64,000 nucleotides of DNA from Clostridia bacterium (GCA_017513095.1 JAFWDJ010000011.1:731-64730); one strand, 5' to 3'; shown: positions 55,458 through 64,000, counted from the stretch's first letter. Numbers and translations are program-made. Notes: a model not told the origin generated them from the letters alone.

Positions 55458-55673
55458 TCATCTTGAGCAAAACGGGCGAAGTACGCACCCCGGGCATGCG
55501 AGCGTAAAACCGTTTTCATCCTTTTTCCCATACTGACAGCCCGCGCTGCCCATAAGGTCCTTTTTTTCGTCGCGTCTGTCCATCTTCTCGGTAATCCTGT
55601 TTGCTATCGCGGCGCCTACTGCGATGCGAAGAATATCGCCGAAAAAGCCCGAGCTTCTGTTATAGTCCGACAT
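55458..55673 (-). CDS. 71-aa hypothetical protein with C-terminal four-Cys knuckle
   Basis: The GGGAGG RBS overlaps the stop of the upstream XRE gene. The N-terminus is amphipathic (GFFGDILRIAVGAAIANRI). The C-terminus is CQYGKKDENGFTLACPGCVLRPFC, i.e. CX13CX2CX5C. Confidence 0.6.
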   Translation of the reverse strand: MSDYNRSSGFFGDILRIAVGAAIANRITEKMDRRDEKKDLMGSAGCQYGKKDENGFTLACPGCVLRPFCSR

Positions 55674-55679
55674 AATATA

Positions 55680-55910
55680 TCAACCTCCCGCCGCCGCATG
55701 ACTTTGTCTCTCGCCTCGAACGTCGATAAAAAGCTCGGGGCTTACGTTTAAGGCAAGACATATTTCTCTTAATTCGTCCGCATAAAGCGTGCGTCTGCCG
55801 CTTAGCATCGCATTCAGATCCGTCTGCGATATCCCCGACTTTTCGGCAACGGCAACACGCTTTAACCCGTTTTCATCAATATACGTGCTTACCCTCTCGT
55901 ACACTTTCAT
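55680..55910 (-). CDS. XRE-family HTH transcriptional regulator (76 aa)
   Basis: HTH_3 pattern: LKRVAVAEKSGISQTDLNAMLSGRRTL. Confidence 0.8.
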   Translation of the reverse strand: MKVYERVSTYIDENGLKRVAVAEKSGISQTDLNAMLSGRRTLYADELREICLALNVSPELFIDVRGERQSHAAAGG

Positions 55911-55926
55911 TTCATCACCCGTTATA

Positions 55927-55970
55927 ACAGTATTGCTGTATTTAATTAGATAGTATCACAGTTTTTCTGT
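55927..55970. promoter_or_regulatory. Two ACAG-N5-CTGT palindromic operators in the divergent XRE promoter region
   Basis: ACAGTATTGCTGT is at 55927-55939 and ACAGTTTTTCTGT is at 55958-55970. Their centres are 31 bp apart. The second fills the -35/-10 spacer of the minus-strand promoter. Confidence 0.55.
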
Positions 55971-55978
55971 ATTATCAA
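55950..55978 (-). promoter_or_regulatory. Promoter of the minus-strand cassette operon
   Basis: The minus strand reads TTGATA-17 nt-TACTAT with an extended TG. Confidence 0.5.
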
Positions 55979-56010
55979 GACTTTTTTACACGATTTCAAA
56001 AGTATTTTTC

Positions 56011-56038
56011 TTTACTTTCCAGATTTTAAAGGTATAAT
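56011..56038 (+). promoter_or_regulatory. Promoter of the plus-strand XRE gene
   Basis: TTTACT-16 nt-TATAAT. Confidence 0.5.
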
Positions 56039-56061
56039 ATACAAAGAGAGGTGATTTCGGC

Positions 56062-56379
56062 TTGCGAAAATATGAGATTGGCGACAGGATAAGAAAATAT
56101 CGTGAGGCTCGCGGCTTGACCCAAAGGCAGCTTGCCGAGATGCTGGGTGTGACAGGCAGCAGAATCTCGAATTGGGAGCAGGGAACGAACCGACCTGACG
56201 CGGATATGCTGTCCGATTTATGCAGGGCTCTTAAAGTTTCCCCGAGCGTCATGCTCGACGTCAGGCTCACCGAAGACGACTTTACCGAGCGGGAGCGAAA
56301 GATTATCTACGCGTACCGCAGCAGCCCTAAGGTGCAGCATGCCATCGACATTCTATTGGGCCTTGACGACAATATATAA
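56062..56379 (+). CDS. XRE-family HTH transcriptional regulator (105 aa)
   Basis: TTG start after AGAGGTGA. The HTH_3 is IRKYREARGLTQRQLAEMLGVTGSRISNWEQG. Confidence 0.8.
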   Translation: MRKYEIGDRIRKYREARGLTQRQLAEMLGVTGSRISNWEQGTNRPDADMLSDLCRALKVSPSVMLDVRLTEDDFTERERKIIYAYRSSPKVQHAIDILLGLDDNI

Positions 56380-56382
56380 TAG

Positions 56383-56410
56383 AAAAACGGCGGATTATTC
56401 CGCCGTTTTT
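56383..56410. terminator. Bidirectional terminator between the XRE gene and cobC
   Basis: AAAAACGGCGG-ATTATT-CCGCCGTTTTT. The cobC stop codon lies in the loop. Confidence 0.75.
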
Positions 56411-56970
56411 GTTTCAAGATAGACCGCGCCGCCTTCGAAGACGCCGCGCAGAGTCCCGCAGTTCTTTAAGTAGTAATCATAAAAATTGCGCTTCGGTACG
56501 GCGCGCGCCGCCAAAACCGCCATTATAACGCCGCCGTGGATGACGAACGCGGCGCACGCGCCGTCGGGCACACTCTTCATCGCCTCGTCGAAGGCTTTAA
56601 CGCACCTTTCCCTGAAACGCGCGCGGCTCTCCCCATTCGGTATTTCGGCATTACCGCCAGAGTCGACCCACGTGCGGTATTCGGTGCTGTCCTTTAGCTC
56701 CTCTGCCGTCTTTCCCTCGAATATGCCGAAATCCATCTCGCGAAGGCCTTCCGTAAAGATGAACTGCTCGTTCGGAAATACCGCTTTCGCCGTCTCTATC
56801 GTGCGCTTCATCGGGCTTACGAATATGACGTCGGCGCGAAGGCCCGCTTTACCTAATTCCTGCGCCTGCCTTATGCCCTCCTCGCACAGAGGCTCGTCGG
56901 TGCGGCCGTTGTAGCGCATTTCGAGATTGCCCGCCGTCGCGCCGTGGCGGATGAATATTACGTCCTTCAT
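56395..56970 (-). CDS. cobC: Alpha-ribazole phosphatase (histidine phosphatase family)
   Basis: The start was moved to the ATG at 56970 (MKDVIFIRHGATAGN), which forms an ATGA overlap with the cobS stop. It has the RHG motif and sits in the cob operon. Confidence 0.8.
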   Translation of the reverse strand: MKDVIFIRHGATAGNLEMRYNGRTDEPLCEEGIRQAQELGKAGLRADVIFVSPMKRTIETAKAVFPNEQFIFTEGLREMDFGIFEGKTAEELKDSTEYRTWVDSGGNAEIPNGESRARFRERCVKAFDEAMKSVPDGACAAFVIHGGVIMAVLAARAVPKRNFYDYYLKNCGTLRGVFEGGAVYLETKTAE

Positions 56971-57731
56971 TTTATCATCGCTCCTATCCATACTCCTATA
57001 AGACATAAAAGCTCACTTATCACAAGATAAAACCCTGCCGTGTCGCCCGTTACGCCGCCGAAGCGCTTCATTGCCGTATGCGTATATAAAAGCACCCATC
57101 CGACGGAAAGCACGGCCGTGAAAATGCCGCACGGCGGCGAAATTATTATCATAAGCGCGCACGCGGCCGCCGCCGTTATGAGCGCTATAAGCTCCGCCCT
57201 GCCTGTTTCGGCAGCCTCCGTATAATAATATAACATCCCCTGACCCCTCGCGTTCGGCAGTCTCAGCGCCAAAAAAGCCGACAGCGCGCGCGACAGTATA
57301 AAGAGCGGGAGCGCCGCTCCCAACGCTCTCAGCGTATAGAGCTCATAAAACAGCGCAAAGTCTATGATGAAATATACGACAAGGTATATAACCGCGAACG
57401 CGCCCGTGTGCGCGTCTTTCATTATTTCGAGCATCCGTTCGCGCAACTCACGCGACGAGAGTGCGTCCGCCGTGTCCATATAGCCGTCGAGGTGTATGCC
57501 GCCCGTGATTATCACGGGCACGGCCGCGCTCACGGCGGCAAAAATCACGCCGCCGACGCCTGCCGCGAGGGATACCCGGTACCACACTAAAAGAATAATC
57601 GCGATTATCGCGCCCACGGCGGGAAAGAAGCAGATCGCGTATTTCATATCGCGCCCCTCGAAGTCCGAGCGCGGCACGGGTATCACGCTGTACGTTGACA
57701 GCGCCGTAAGAAACGCTTTAAATAACATCAT
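56967..57731 (-). CDS. cobS: Adenosylcobinamide-GDP ribazoletransferase (cobalamin synthase)
   Basis: 254-aa polytopic membrane protein. The GGIHLDGYMDTADAL motif is present. Confidence 0.9.
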   Translation of the reverse strand: MMLFKAFLTALSTYSVIPVPRSDFEGRDMKYAICFFPAVGAIIAIILLVWYRVSLAAGVGGVIFAAVSAAVPVIITGGIHLDGYMDTADALSSRELRERMLEIMKDAHTGAFAVIYLVVYFIIDFALFYELYTLRALGAALPLFILSRALSAFLALRLPNARGQGMLYYYTEAAETGRAELIALITAAAACALMIIISPPCGIFTAVLSVGWVLLYTHTAMKRFGGVTGDTAGFYLVISELLCLIGVWIGAMIK

Positions 57732-58239
57732 CGTAAGACCCCTTCAGATATATCGGTTTTTTATCCTTCATTAAAACGACCGTGTCGGCGTCGTCATAAA
57801 GCCGTGCATTGAGAGCACGAAGTGCGTTTATATAATCCGCCGTCTCAGAATCGTATCCGCCGCCGTCAAGCCCCGATATCGTAACGGCGCAAAGATGCGC
57901 ACATCGCGTCTTGAGCGCGCATATGTCGCGATATACGTCATCGCCCGTTTTCTTCTTTTCAAAGACGGCGTTCGCCAAAAGATTTGACACGTCCTCCAAA
58001 AGCACGGCCGAGTCGGGCGCGATGTCCGCGCCTCCGACCGAAAACGAAAGCTCCAGCGTATTTATCCTGAGCCCTTCGCGCGCCGCCCTGTGCTTTTCTA
58101 TGCGCGCGCGGTTCTCGTCGGTCACGGGTATCATCGTAGCTATGTAATACCGCTTTTTATTCGTATTTTTAAAAAGCCCTTCGGCAAACGCGCTTTTGCC
58201 GCTGTCGTTTTCACCCATTATAAGCGTAAGCCTGCCCAT
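57718..58239 (-). CDS. cobU: Adenosylcobinamide kinase/adenosylcobinamide-phosphate guanylyltransferase
   Basis: P-loop GENDSGKSAFAE; 173 aa; cob operon context. Confidence 0.85.
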   Translation of the reverse strand: MGRLTLIMGENDSGKSAFAEGLFKNTNKKRYYIATMIPVTDENRARIEKHRAAREGLRINTLELSFSVGGADIAPDSAVLLEDVSNLLANAVFEKKKTGDDVYRDICALKTRCAHLCAVTISGLDGGGYDSETADYINALRALNARLYDDADTVVLMKDKKPIYLKGSYDDVI

Positions 58240-58264
58240 CGTTACCCTCCGCCGATAAATTCTT

Positions 58265-59341
58265 CTAAAAACCGCCCTCGCGCCTTATCTCGTCGAGATA
58301 TGAGTCGTCTATGCCCGCCTCCTCGAACGTCGCCATATTATTTATGACCGCGCACGCGGCGCGAAGCGTCTCGAACATAAGCGGGCAGCCGCTTCCCTCG
58401 CCGAGGCGCATATTGAGATCGAATACAGTCTTTAAGCCGAGCGCCTCCATCGCAAGCTTATGACCCGCTTCCGCAGACGCGTGGCTCGGTATGAGGTATC
58501 CCGACACGTTAGGGCAAAGCCTTACGGCGCAGAGCGCCGCGACGGCGCTAATAAAGCCGTCGACGACGGCGGGACGGTGTGCGTAAGCCGCGCCGATGAA
58601 CGCGCCGCACATTGCGGCAATATCAAATCCGCCCACCTTTGAAAGCACGTCGAGAACGTCGTCTTTGTTTGGCCGGTTCTTATCTATCGCGGCGCGTATC
58701 ATTGCTTTTTTCACCGCGAAGGCCTCGCGCGTCAGTCCGCCGCCGCGCGACGCGGTATATTCGGGGTCAGCGCCGAGGATGACCGAAAGCACCGCAGAGG
58801 CGGTCGTCGTGTTCCCTATGCCCATTTCACCGATACCAACGGCGTCGGCCCGGGCGCCCGACGCAAGTTCGGCCCCGATAAGCACGGCGCATACAGCCTG
58901 TTCTCTCGTCATGGCGGGCCCGCTTACAATATCGCGCGTGCCGTACGCTATTTTTTTATTCATCACCGCCGCGTCGCAAACGTCGCCTGCAATGCCCACG
59001 TCGCATACGGTGACGGCGCATCCGAAGGCCGCGGCCATAACGGCCGCGCCCGTTTTCCCGCGCGCGATGTTTACCGCCTGCTTTAGCGTCACGCTCTGCG
59101 GCGCGCTTGAAACGCCGCGCACGGCGACTCCGTTGTCGGCGGCGAATACAAGAAGATGCGGCGCTTTTATCTCGTTATGAACGCGCCCCGTTATGCCCGC
59201 AAGTCTTATGGACAGCTCCTCAAGCCGTCCCAGGCTTCCCGGCGGCTTTGCAAGCCTTGCCTGAAGGCGCCGCGCCTCGTTTTTCGCCGCCTCATCGGGC
59301 GGGCGCACCGAGGCCGCCAAATCGTATAACCGTTTTTCCAT
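58265..59341 (-). CDS. cobT: Nicotinate-nucleotide--dimethylbenzimidazole phosphoribosyltransferase
   Basis: 358 aa with GEMGIGNTTTASAV and LRLGEGSG motifs. Confidence 0.92.
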   Translation of the reverse strand: MEKRLYDLAASVRPPDEAAKNEARRLQARLAKPPGSLGRLEELSIRLAGITGRVHNEIKAPHLLVFAADNGVAVRGVSSAPQSVTLKQAVNIARGKTGAAVMAAAFGCAVTVCDVGIAGDVCDAAVMNKKIAYGTRDIVSGPAMTREQAVCAVLIGAELASGARADAVGIGEMGIGNTTTASAVLSVILGADPEYTASRGGGLTREAFAVKKAMIRAAIDKNRPNKDDVLDVLSKVGGFDIAAMCGAFIGAAYAHRPAVVDGFISAVAALCAVRLCPNVSGYLIPSHASAEAGHKLAMEALGLKTVFDLNMRLGEGSGCPLMFETLRAACAVINNMATFEEAGIDDSYLDEIRREGGF

Positions 59342-59352
59342 ATGCCGCTCCT

Positions 59353-59871
59353 TTAATACTCCACTCCGCGCCTTGCCGCGACTCCGCTGTCATATGGATG
59401 CTTTATTTTTCGCATCTCGGTCGCGTAATCAGAAAGCGCCAAAAGACGCGCCGAGGGATTGCGCCCCGTTAAAACGAGCTCGAGCCCGGGAGGCCTTGAC
59501 TTAATATATTCTATCACATCGTCTTCCGGGATGAGTCCGTGATTTACGGCCGATACCGCCTCGTCGAATATGAGCATGTCGGCGCTGTCGGCCTTCTTTA
59601 CCGCAAGCGAAAAAAGCTTGCCGTAAGCCTGCGCGGCCTCTCTTATTACGTCTTCGCTCATGTTTTTGAAAAAGCCGTAATTCTTCGGACAGACTAAAAC
59701 CTCGATATTTGAAATGCCGCGCAGTATTTTTAACTCAGAGGACGTGCCGTCCTTTAAGAACTGCGCGAACACAACGCGCATTCCCGCGCCCGCCGCGCGA
59801 ACGGCAAGGCCCGCTGCGGCCGTCGTTTTTCCCTTGCCGTCGCCGCAGTAAATATGAAAAAGACCCGCCAT
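59353..59871 (-). CDS. cobO: Cob(I)yrinic acid a,c-diamide adenosyltransferase
   Basis: I favour the ATG at 59871 (MAGLFHIYCGDGKGKTTAA), 7 nt after GGGGAGG. The track start at 59877 is a GTG that overlaps the cobQ stop. Confidence 0.88.
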   Translation of the reverse strand: MAGLFHIYCGDGKGKTTAAAGLAVRAAGAGMRVVFAQFLKDGTSSELKILRGISNIEVLVCPKNYGFFKNMSEDVIREAAQAYGKLFSLAVKKADSADMLIFDEAVSAVNHGLIPEDDVIEYIKSRPPGLELVLTGRNPSARLLALSDYATEMRKIKHPYDSGVAARRGVEY

Positions 59872-59873
59872 GC

Positions 59874-61337
59874 TCACGCCTCCCCGTTTAAAATGCGGTA
59901 AATAAGCCCCATATCAAGGTTTTTTCTCACCGTATCAGAAAGCAGGTCGTATTGCCTGTTTTTGTACTCCGCGGCGTCAAATCGCGCCGCCGACTCAAAC
60001 GTCACGCCCTTCTTTTCGCACAGTGCCCGAAGGACGCATTCGCATACGCCGTCAGCGTCGAATATGCCGTGGATATACGTGCCGTAAACATTGCCCTTCC
60101 CGAAAAACGGCGGGAGCGGCTTTTCGCTTCTTCCCATGTGGATCTCGTAACCCTCGTACGAAAGGCCGTTTAACGGCGAAAATATACCTTCAACCGAGTG
60201 AAAGACGCCGCGCGTCTGCGTCTGCGTTTTTTTGTCGTGAAAGACCGTGTCGATATCAAGAAGCTCCATACCGCGTGCAGACGATGCGGCCTTACTTTCC
60301 GCGCCCTGCGGGTCCGTGATGCTTCGCCCGAGCATCTGATAGCCGCCGCATATGCCCAAAACGGGCGTGCCCGCGGCCGCCGCCGTTTTCACGGCGTCGA
60401 AAAGTCCGCGTTCGCGCATCCATTTAAGGTCGGACAGCGTGCTTTTCGTGCCGGGAATTATTATCATGTCCGCGCCCTCAAGCTCCCGCGCGCGGCCGAC
60501 GTACCGAAGCGACACGTTCTTTAATCGCTCGAACGGCGAAAAGTCGGTAAAATTCGAGATGCGCGGCAGTCTTACAACGGCGATATCTATAAGCCTGCGC
60601 ACCGTATTCTTTGAAAAGCGCTCCGTAAGGCTGTCCTCATCGTCTACGTCTATGTTCATATACGGTATCACGCCCGCAACGGGGACGCGGCACAAATTTT
60701 CGAGCATCGAAATCCCCGGCTCAAGTATCGCGCGGTCGCCTCTGAATTTATTGACGATAAGCCCCTTTACGCGGGCGCGGTCCTCTCTTGAAAGAAGCTC
60801 GACCGTTCCGTAAAGCTGGGCGAAAACGCCGCCCCTGTCGATATCGCCCGTAAGCAGCACGGGCGCGTTCACCATATGCGCAAGCCCCATATTGACGATA
60901 TCGTCCGCATTTAAGTTTATCTCGGCGGGGCTTCCCGCGCCCTCTATCACGATAACGTCGTACTCCGAGGCAAGGCTCTCATACGCCGCCATGATATCGG
61001 GGATAAGGCTCTTCTTATATTTATAATAATCCGCCGCGCGCATATTGCCGCGCACGCGGCCGCCTACGATTATCTGACTTCCCATATCGGTCGTGGGCTT
61101 TAATAGTATAGGGTTCATCCTTACGTCGGGCAGTATGCCCGCCGCCTCGGCCTGCACGGCCTGTGCGCGCCCCATCTCGCCGCCGTCCGCGGTGACAAAC
61201 GAATTTAAAGACATGTTCTGGCTTTTAAACGGCGCGGCGCGAAGCCCATCCTTCATGAAAATGCGGCAGAGCGCGGCGGCAATAACGCTTTTGCCCGCGT
61301 TTGACATCGTGCCCTGTATCATTATGTTTTTCGCCAC
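59874..61337 (-). CDS. cobQ: Cobyric acid synthase
   Basis: I favour the GTG at 61337, giving (M)AKNIMIQGTMSNAGKS, 7 nt after a G-run RBS and just past the cobD stop. The track start is a TTG at 61352. The GATase region is GICGGYQMLG. Confidence 0.9.
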   Translation of the reverse strand: MAKNIMIQGTMSNAGKSVIAAALCRIFMKDGLRAAPFKSQNMSLNSFVTADGGEMGRAQAVQAEAAGILPDVRMNPILLKPTTDMGSQIIVGGRVRGNMRAADYYKYKKSLIPDIMAAYESLASEYDVIVIEGAGSPAEINLNADDIVNMGLAHMVNAPVLLTGDIDRGGVFAQLYGTVELLSREDRARVKGLIVNKFRGDRAILEPGISMLENLCRVPVAGVIPYMNIDVDDEDSLTERFSKNTVRRLIDIAVVRLPRISNFTDFSPFERLKNVSLRYVGRARELEGADMIIIPGTKSTLSDLKWMRERGLFDAVKTAAAAGTPVLGICGGYQMLGRSITDPQGAESKAASSARGMELLDIDTVFHDKKTQTQTRGVFHSVEGIFSPLNGLSYEGYEIHMGRSEKPLPPFFGKGNVYGTYIHGIFDADGVCECVLRALCEKKGVTFESAARFDAAEYKNRQYDLLSDTVRKNLDMGLIYRILNGEA

Positions 61338-61338
61338 G

Positions 61339-62391
61339 TCATATCCCCCCAAGCGCCACAGATAGCGCGCGCATAAGCTTCTCGTTGTCCTCGCGGCGCC
61401 TTACGGATACGCGGTACCAGCCCGCGCCGAGCCCCGAAAAGTTTTCGCAGCCGCGTATGGCTATCCTTTGGGGCTTCAAAGCTTTTGAAAGCCCCTCCCT
61501 GCCGTAAAACAAAAGAAAATTCGCGTCCGAGGGGCACACCCAAAAGCCGAGACTTTCAAGCTTTTTTTCCATCCAGAGCCGCTCTGCGGCGATATATTCA
61601 CGCGATTTTTTCAAGAATTCGCGTTCGCCGAGCGCGGCGGCGCCCGCCTCCTGCGCGCAGAGCGATACGTTCCACGGCTGAAGGCGCGCGGACATTTTCA
61701 TAAGGAGCTCCTCGTCGCACGTTATGGCGTATCCGAGTCTGAGCCCCGCCATGGCAAAGCTCTTCGTAAACGCCTTTAAGATAAAGAGTCCGCCGTATTC
61801 TCGCGTTCGTGCGCTCATGCTCATGCCGCCGTGCGAGAGCTCTATAAAGCATTCGTCTAAAAACAGGCGCACATTCTGCGCCTTGCAAAGCGCGAATATG
61901 TCACCGAGAAGCTCCGCGTCAATAAGCCTTCCCGTGGGATTGTTGGGATTTGCGAGGAACACCGCGTCGGGGCGGTTTTTCAGGATATAATCAAGAAAGC
62001 CGCGGTCGAGCGCGAAGCCGTTCTCCCGTTTAAGCGCGTACCGCAAGACTTCGCAGCCCGCGGCCGAAAGCGCATTTTCGTATTCCGAGAAGGTCGGCGC
62101 CGTTAAAACGGCGCGCGAAGGCCCCGCCGCGGCGCAGTAGGCGTATATAAGCTCGGACGCGCCGTTCCCGAAGATAAGATGCTCGCATTTCACATGCTCA
62201 TATGCGGCCGCGGCCTCTGTAAGCGCGCGGCAGCGCGGGTCGGGATAATCCGAGATTCGCTCCGCCGAGCGGCGCACGGCCGCCTTTACGCTTTCGGGCG
62301 CGCCGAGCGGATTTACGCTTGCGGAAAAATCGAGCTCGATATCCTCCCCGTATATATCGCCGCCGTGGGTATTATCGGTTTTATAAAGCAT
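61339..62391 (-). CDS. cobD: Threonine-phosphate decarboxylase (class I/II aminotransferase fold)
   Basis: The start was moved to the ATG at 62391 (MLYKTDNTHGGDIY). The PLP-lysine region is LKAFTKSFAMAGLRLGY. The gene sits in cob context. Confidence 0.85.
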   Translation of the reverse strand: MLYKTDNTHGGDIYGEDIELDFSASVNPLGAPESVKAAVRRSAERISDYPDPRCRALTEAAAAYEHVKCEHLIFGNGASELIYAYCAAAGPSRAVLTAPTFSEYENALSAAGCEVLRYALKRENGFALDRGFLDYILKNRPDAVFLANPNNPTGRLIDAELLGDIFALCKAQNVRLFLDECFIELSHGGMSMSARTREYGGLFILKAFTKSFAMAGLRLGYAITCDEELLMKMSARLQPWNVSLCAQEAGAAALGEREFLKKSREYIAAERLWMEKKLESLGFWVCPSDANFLLFYGREGLSKALKPQRIAIRGCENFSGLGAGWYRVSVRRREDNEKLMRALSVALGGI

Positions 62392-62401
62392 AAGCTCACC
62401 C

Positions 62402-63364
62402 TTACAAAACAAATATAAGCTTTACCGCGCAAAAGACAAGAAGCGCGATTATCGACGCGGCGTAAAGAATGCGGCAGGCCGCCGCAATATCCGTGCGGCG
62501 TATCTCGCGAAGCTCGTCGCCTATATACGGCTTTTCGTGGAGCACGCCGCGGTAATATGCGTCGCCCGCAAGCCTTACGCCCAAAAGTCCCGCGCAGACC
62601 GATTCCGTCTGGGCGGAATTGGGGCTTTTATGGTTGTATCTGTCGCGTTTGAAGATTTTTACTCCGTTCTTAACGTCGAGACGCAAAATTGCGCCCGCGG
62701 CAAGCATAAAGAGCGCAGAAAGGCGCGAAGGAATTAAATTTGCCGCGTCGTCTGCGCGCGCCGCAAACATCCCTATGTTCGTATACGGCGGGTCTATGTA
62801 TCCTATCATCGAATCCATCGTATTTATCGCCTTGTATAAAAAGCCCGCCGGCGCGCCGCCTACGGCTAAAAAGAGCATCGGCGCCACAGCCCCGTCCGAC
62901 GTATTCTCCGCGACCGTTTCGACCGTCGCGCGCACGATCCCGCTTTCGTCAAGGTTTTCCGTGTCGCGCCCTACGATCATCGAAAGCGCGCGCCGCGCCC
63001 GAAATATTTCGCCGTCCGAAAGTGCGCGGTAGACCTTCATGCTCTCGACCCTTAGCGACTTTACGGCAATTATCTGCCAGCACATGACGCTCTCGACCGC
63101 GAGCCTCAGCCACGGGTTTACCGCCATGCAAAGAGAAAGGATAACAATAGGCACGCCCGCGGAAAGTATTGCAACGACGAACCAAAGGCATACGCCCGCC
63201 GCCCTCTCGCCCGCTTCGCTTTTCGGGAATATGCGGCGAAACGCGGTCTCAAGAAGCGATACGAGCTTTCCGATGAGCATTACGGGGTGCGGTATCGTGT
63301 GCGGGTCTCCGACGATGAGGTCTATTATAAATCCGATGACCAAAGCGGCAAGCGACCATATCAT
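62402..63364 (-). CDS. cbiB: Adenosylcobinamide-phosphate synthase
   Basis: 320-aa membrane protein with IDLIVGDPHTIPHPVMLIG at the N-terminus. Confidence 0.9.
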   Translation of the reverse strand: MIWSLAALVIGFIIDLIVGDPHTIPHPVMLIGKLVSLLETAFRRIFPKSEAGERAAGVCLWFVVAILSAGVPIVILSLCMAVNPWLRLAVESVMCWQIIAVKSLRVESMKVYRALSDGEIFRARRALSMIVGRDTENLDESGIVRATVETVAENTSDGAVAPMLFLAVGGAPAGFLYKAINTMDSMIGYIDPPYTNIGMFAARADDAANLIPSRLSALFMLAAGAILRLDVKNGVKIFKRDRYNHKSPNSAQTESVCAGLLGVRLAGDAYYRGVLHEKPYIGDELREIRRTDIAAACRILYAASIIALLVFCAVKLIFVL

Positions 63365-64000
63365 TGCGGCTCTCCTTTTTTATTCATCGTAAAAATATAT
63401 ACGGGATTTTCCGCCGCCATAAGCGTATGCGCGCCCGCCGTTTTCGCGCGGGAGACGTTTACGCATACGGCCTCGCTGTATGAAAAGCCGAACTCCTTTA
63501 TAATCGCTGAAAGCTCGGACACGGTCTCAAGCGAAACGGCCGTCGCGGTTATAGAAACGTCCGGATTTTTCCGAAGCGACAGCTCGATTATATCTCGAAT
63601 CCTCCCGAGGCTTCCTCCGATGAAAACGTGAGTGGGCGCGGGAAGGCCTTCGCAGACCTCGGGCGCCATGCCCGAAACGACGGTGAGGTTACCCGCCGCA
63701 TGGCGTTCTTTATTTTTCTTTATAAGCTCTGCAGCCTCGTCTTTTATCTCCACGGCGTAAACGTGACCGAGCGAAACAAGGCGCGCCGCCTCCAACGAGA
63801 CAGAGCCCGTGCCCGCGCCTATATCCCATAAAACCGATCTTTTCGTAAGGCGAAGCTTCGACAGGCACAGCGCACGCACCTCGCTTTTCGTCATGGGGAT
63901 TCGGTCGCCTCGCAAAAATTCTTCGTCATTAAGACCGTACGATACGCACTCGTCCGCCCGCTCGTTTTCAACTATCGCCGCGCAAAGCGCGTCAAAGTGC
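63361..64000 (-). CDS. cbiT: Cobalt-precorrin-6B (C15)-methyltransferase CbiT domain, probably part of a CbiE-CbiT fusion; 5' end outside the window
   Basis: PMTKSEVRALCLSKLRL and the SAM motif DIGAGTGSVSLEAA are present. The reading frame stays open upstream of the track start (a TTG at 63915) all the way to position 64000 (..HFDALCAAIVENERADECVSYGLNDEEFLRGDRIP..). Confidence 0.8.
   Translation of the reverse strand, partial: HFDALCAAIVENERADECVSYGLNDEEFLRGDRIPMTKSEVRALCLSKLRLTKRSVLWDIGAGTGSVSLEAARLVSLGHVYAVEIKDEAAELIKKNKERHAAGNLTVVSGMAPEVCEGLPAPTHVFIGGSLGRIRDIIELSLRKNPDVSITATAVSLETVSELSAIIKEFGFSYSEAVCVNVSRAKTAGAHTLMAAENPVYIFTMNKKGEPQ

Overview
This is a chromosomal window from a Gram-positive anaerobe of clostridial type. 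I infer that from the rpoB-rpoC-L7Ae-rpsL-rpsG-fusA-tuf gene order, an SLH-anchored surface protein, ECF/CoaX genes and an anaerobic-style cob cluster. Host background GC is about 55% by spot counts.

Content from left to right:
- A PucR-type regulator.
- A compositionally foreign block: an AT-rich spacer, a 65-70% GC lipoprotein alkyl/aryl-sulfatase and a 5'-truncated TetR remnant. It abuts the stop codon of a motif-degenerate MalK/MsmX-like ABC ATPase.
- rsuA-like, DUF4830-like and phosphoesterase genes.
- A sulfur-trafficking neighbourhood: Rrf2, cysK, hydE-like radical SAM, mnmA, frameshifted ridA, tcdA, nifS-nifU.
- A 10.7-kb gene for a 3577-aa secreted S8 subtilase with FN3, Ig-like and Big_2 domains and three SLH repeats.
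- tRNA-Trp, followed by a 444-bp non-coding insert made of two tandem hairpin/heptamer-patterned units bracketed by a duplicated terminator.
- A radical SAM gene and two tandem cupins.
- The tuf-fusA-rpsG-rpsL-L7Ae-rpoC-rpoB block.
- gldA, rarA, proX, panT-coaX, a lipoprotein and GNAT-coaBC.
- A MoxR-VWA pair and an orphan serine recombinase.
- An Amt-PII fusion behind a consensus promoter and three stacked terminators.
- A 2.6-kb five-gene cassette of unknown function under a divergent XRE switch. It holds two 48-aa paralogues flanking a 346-aa protein, plus a 71-aa Cys-knuckle protein.
- Cobalamin late genes: cobC-S-U-T-O-Q-D, cbiB and a partial cbiT/ET.

Best novelty candidates:
1. The tRNA-Trp-linked ornate tandem element.
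2. The XRE-controlled cassette.
3. Orphan promoter/terminator RNA candidates at about 46.7 kb and 51.7 kb.

All calls come from reading the sequence and from motif memory. No database search or folding program was run.
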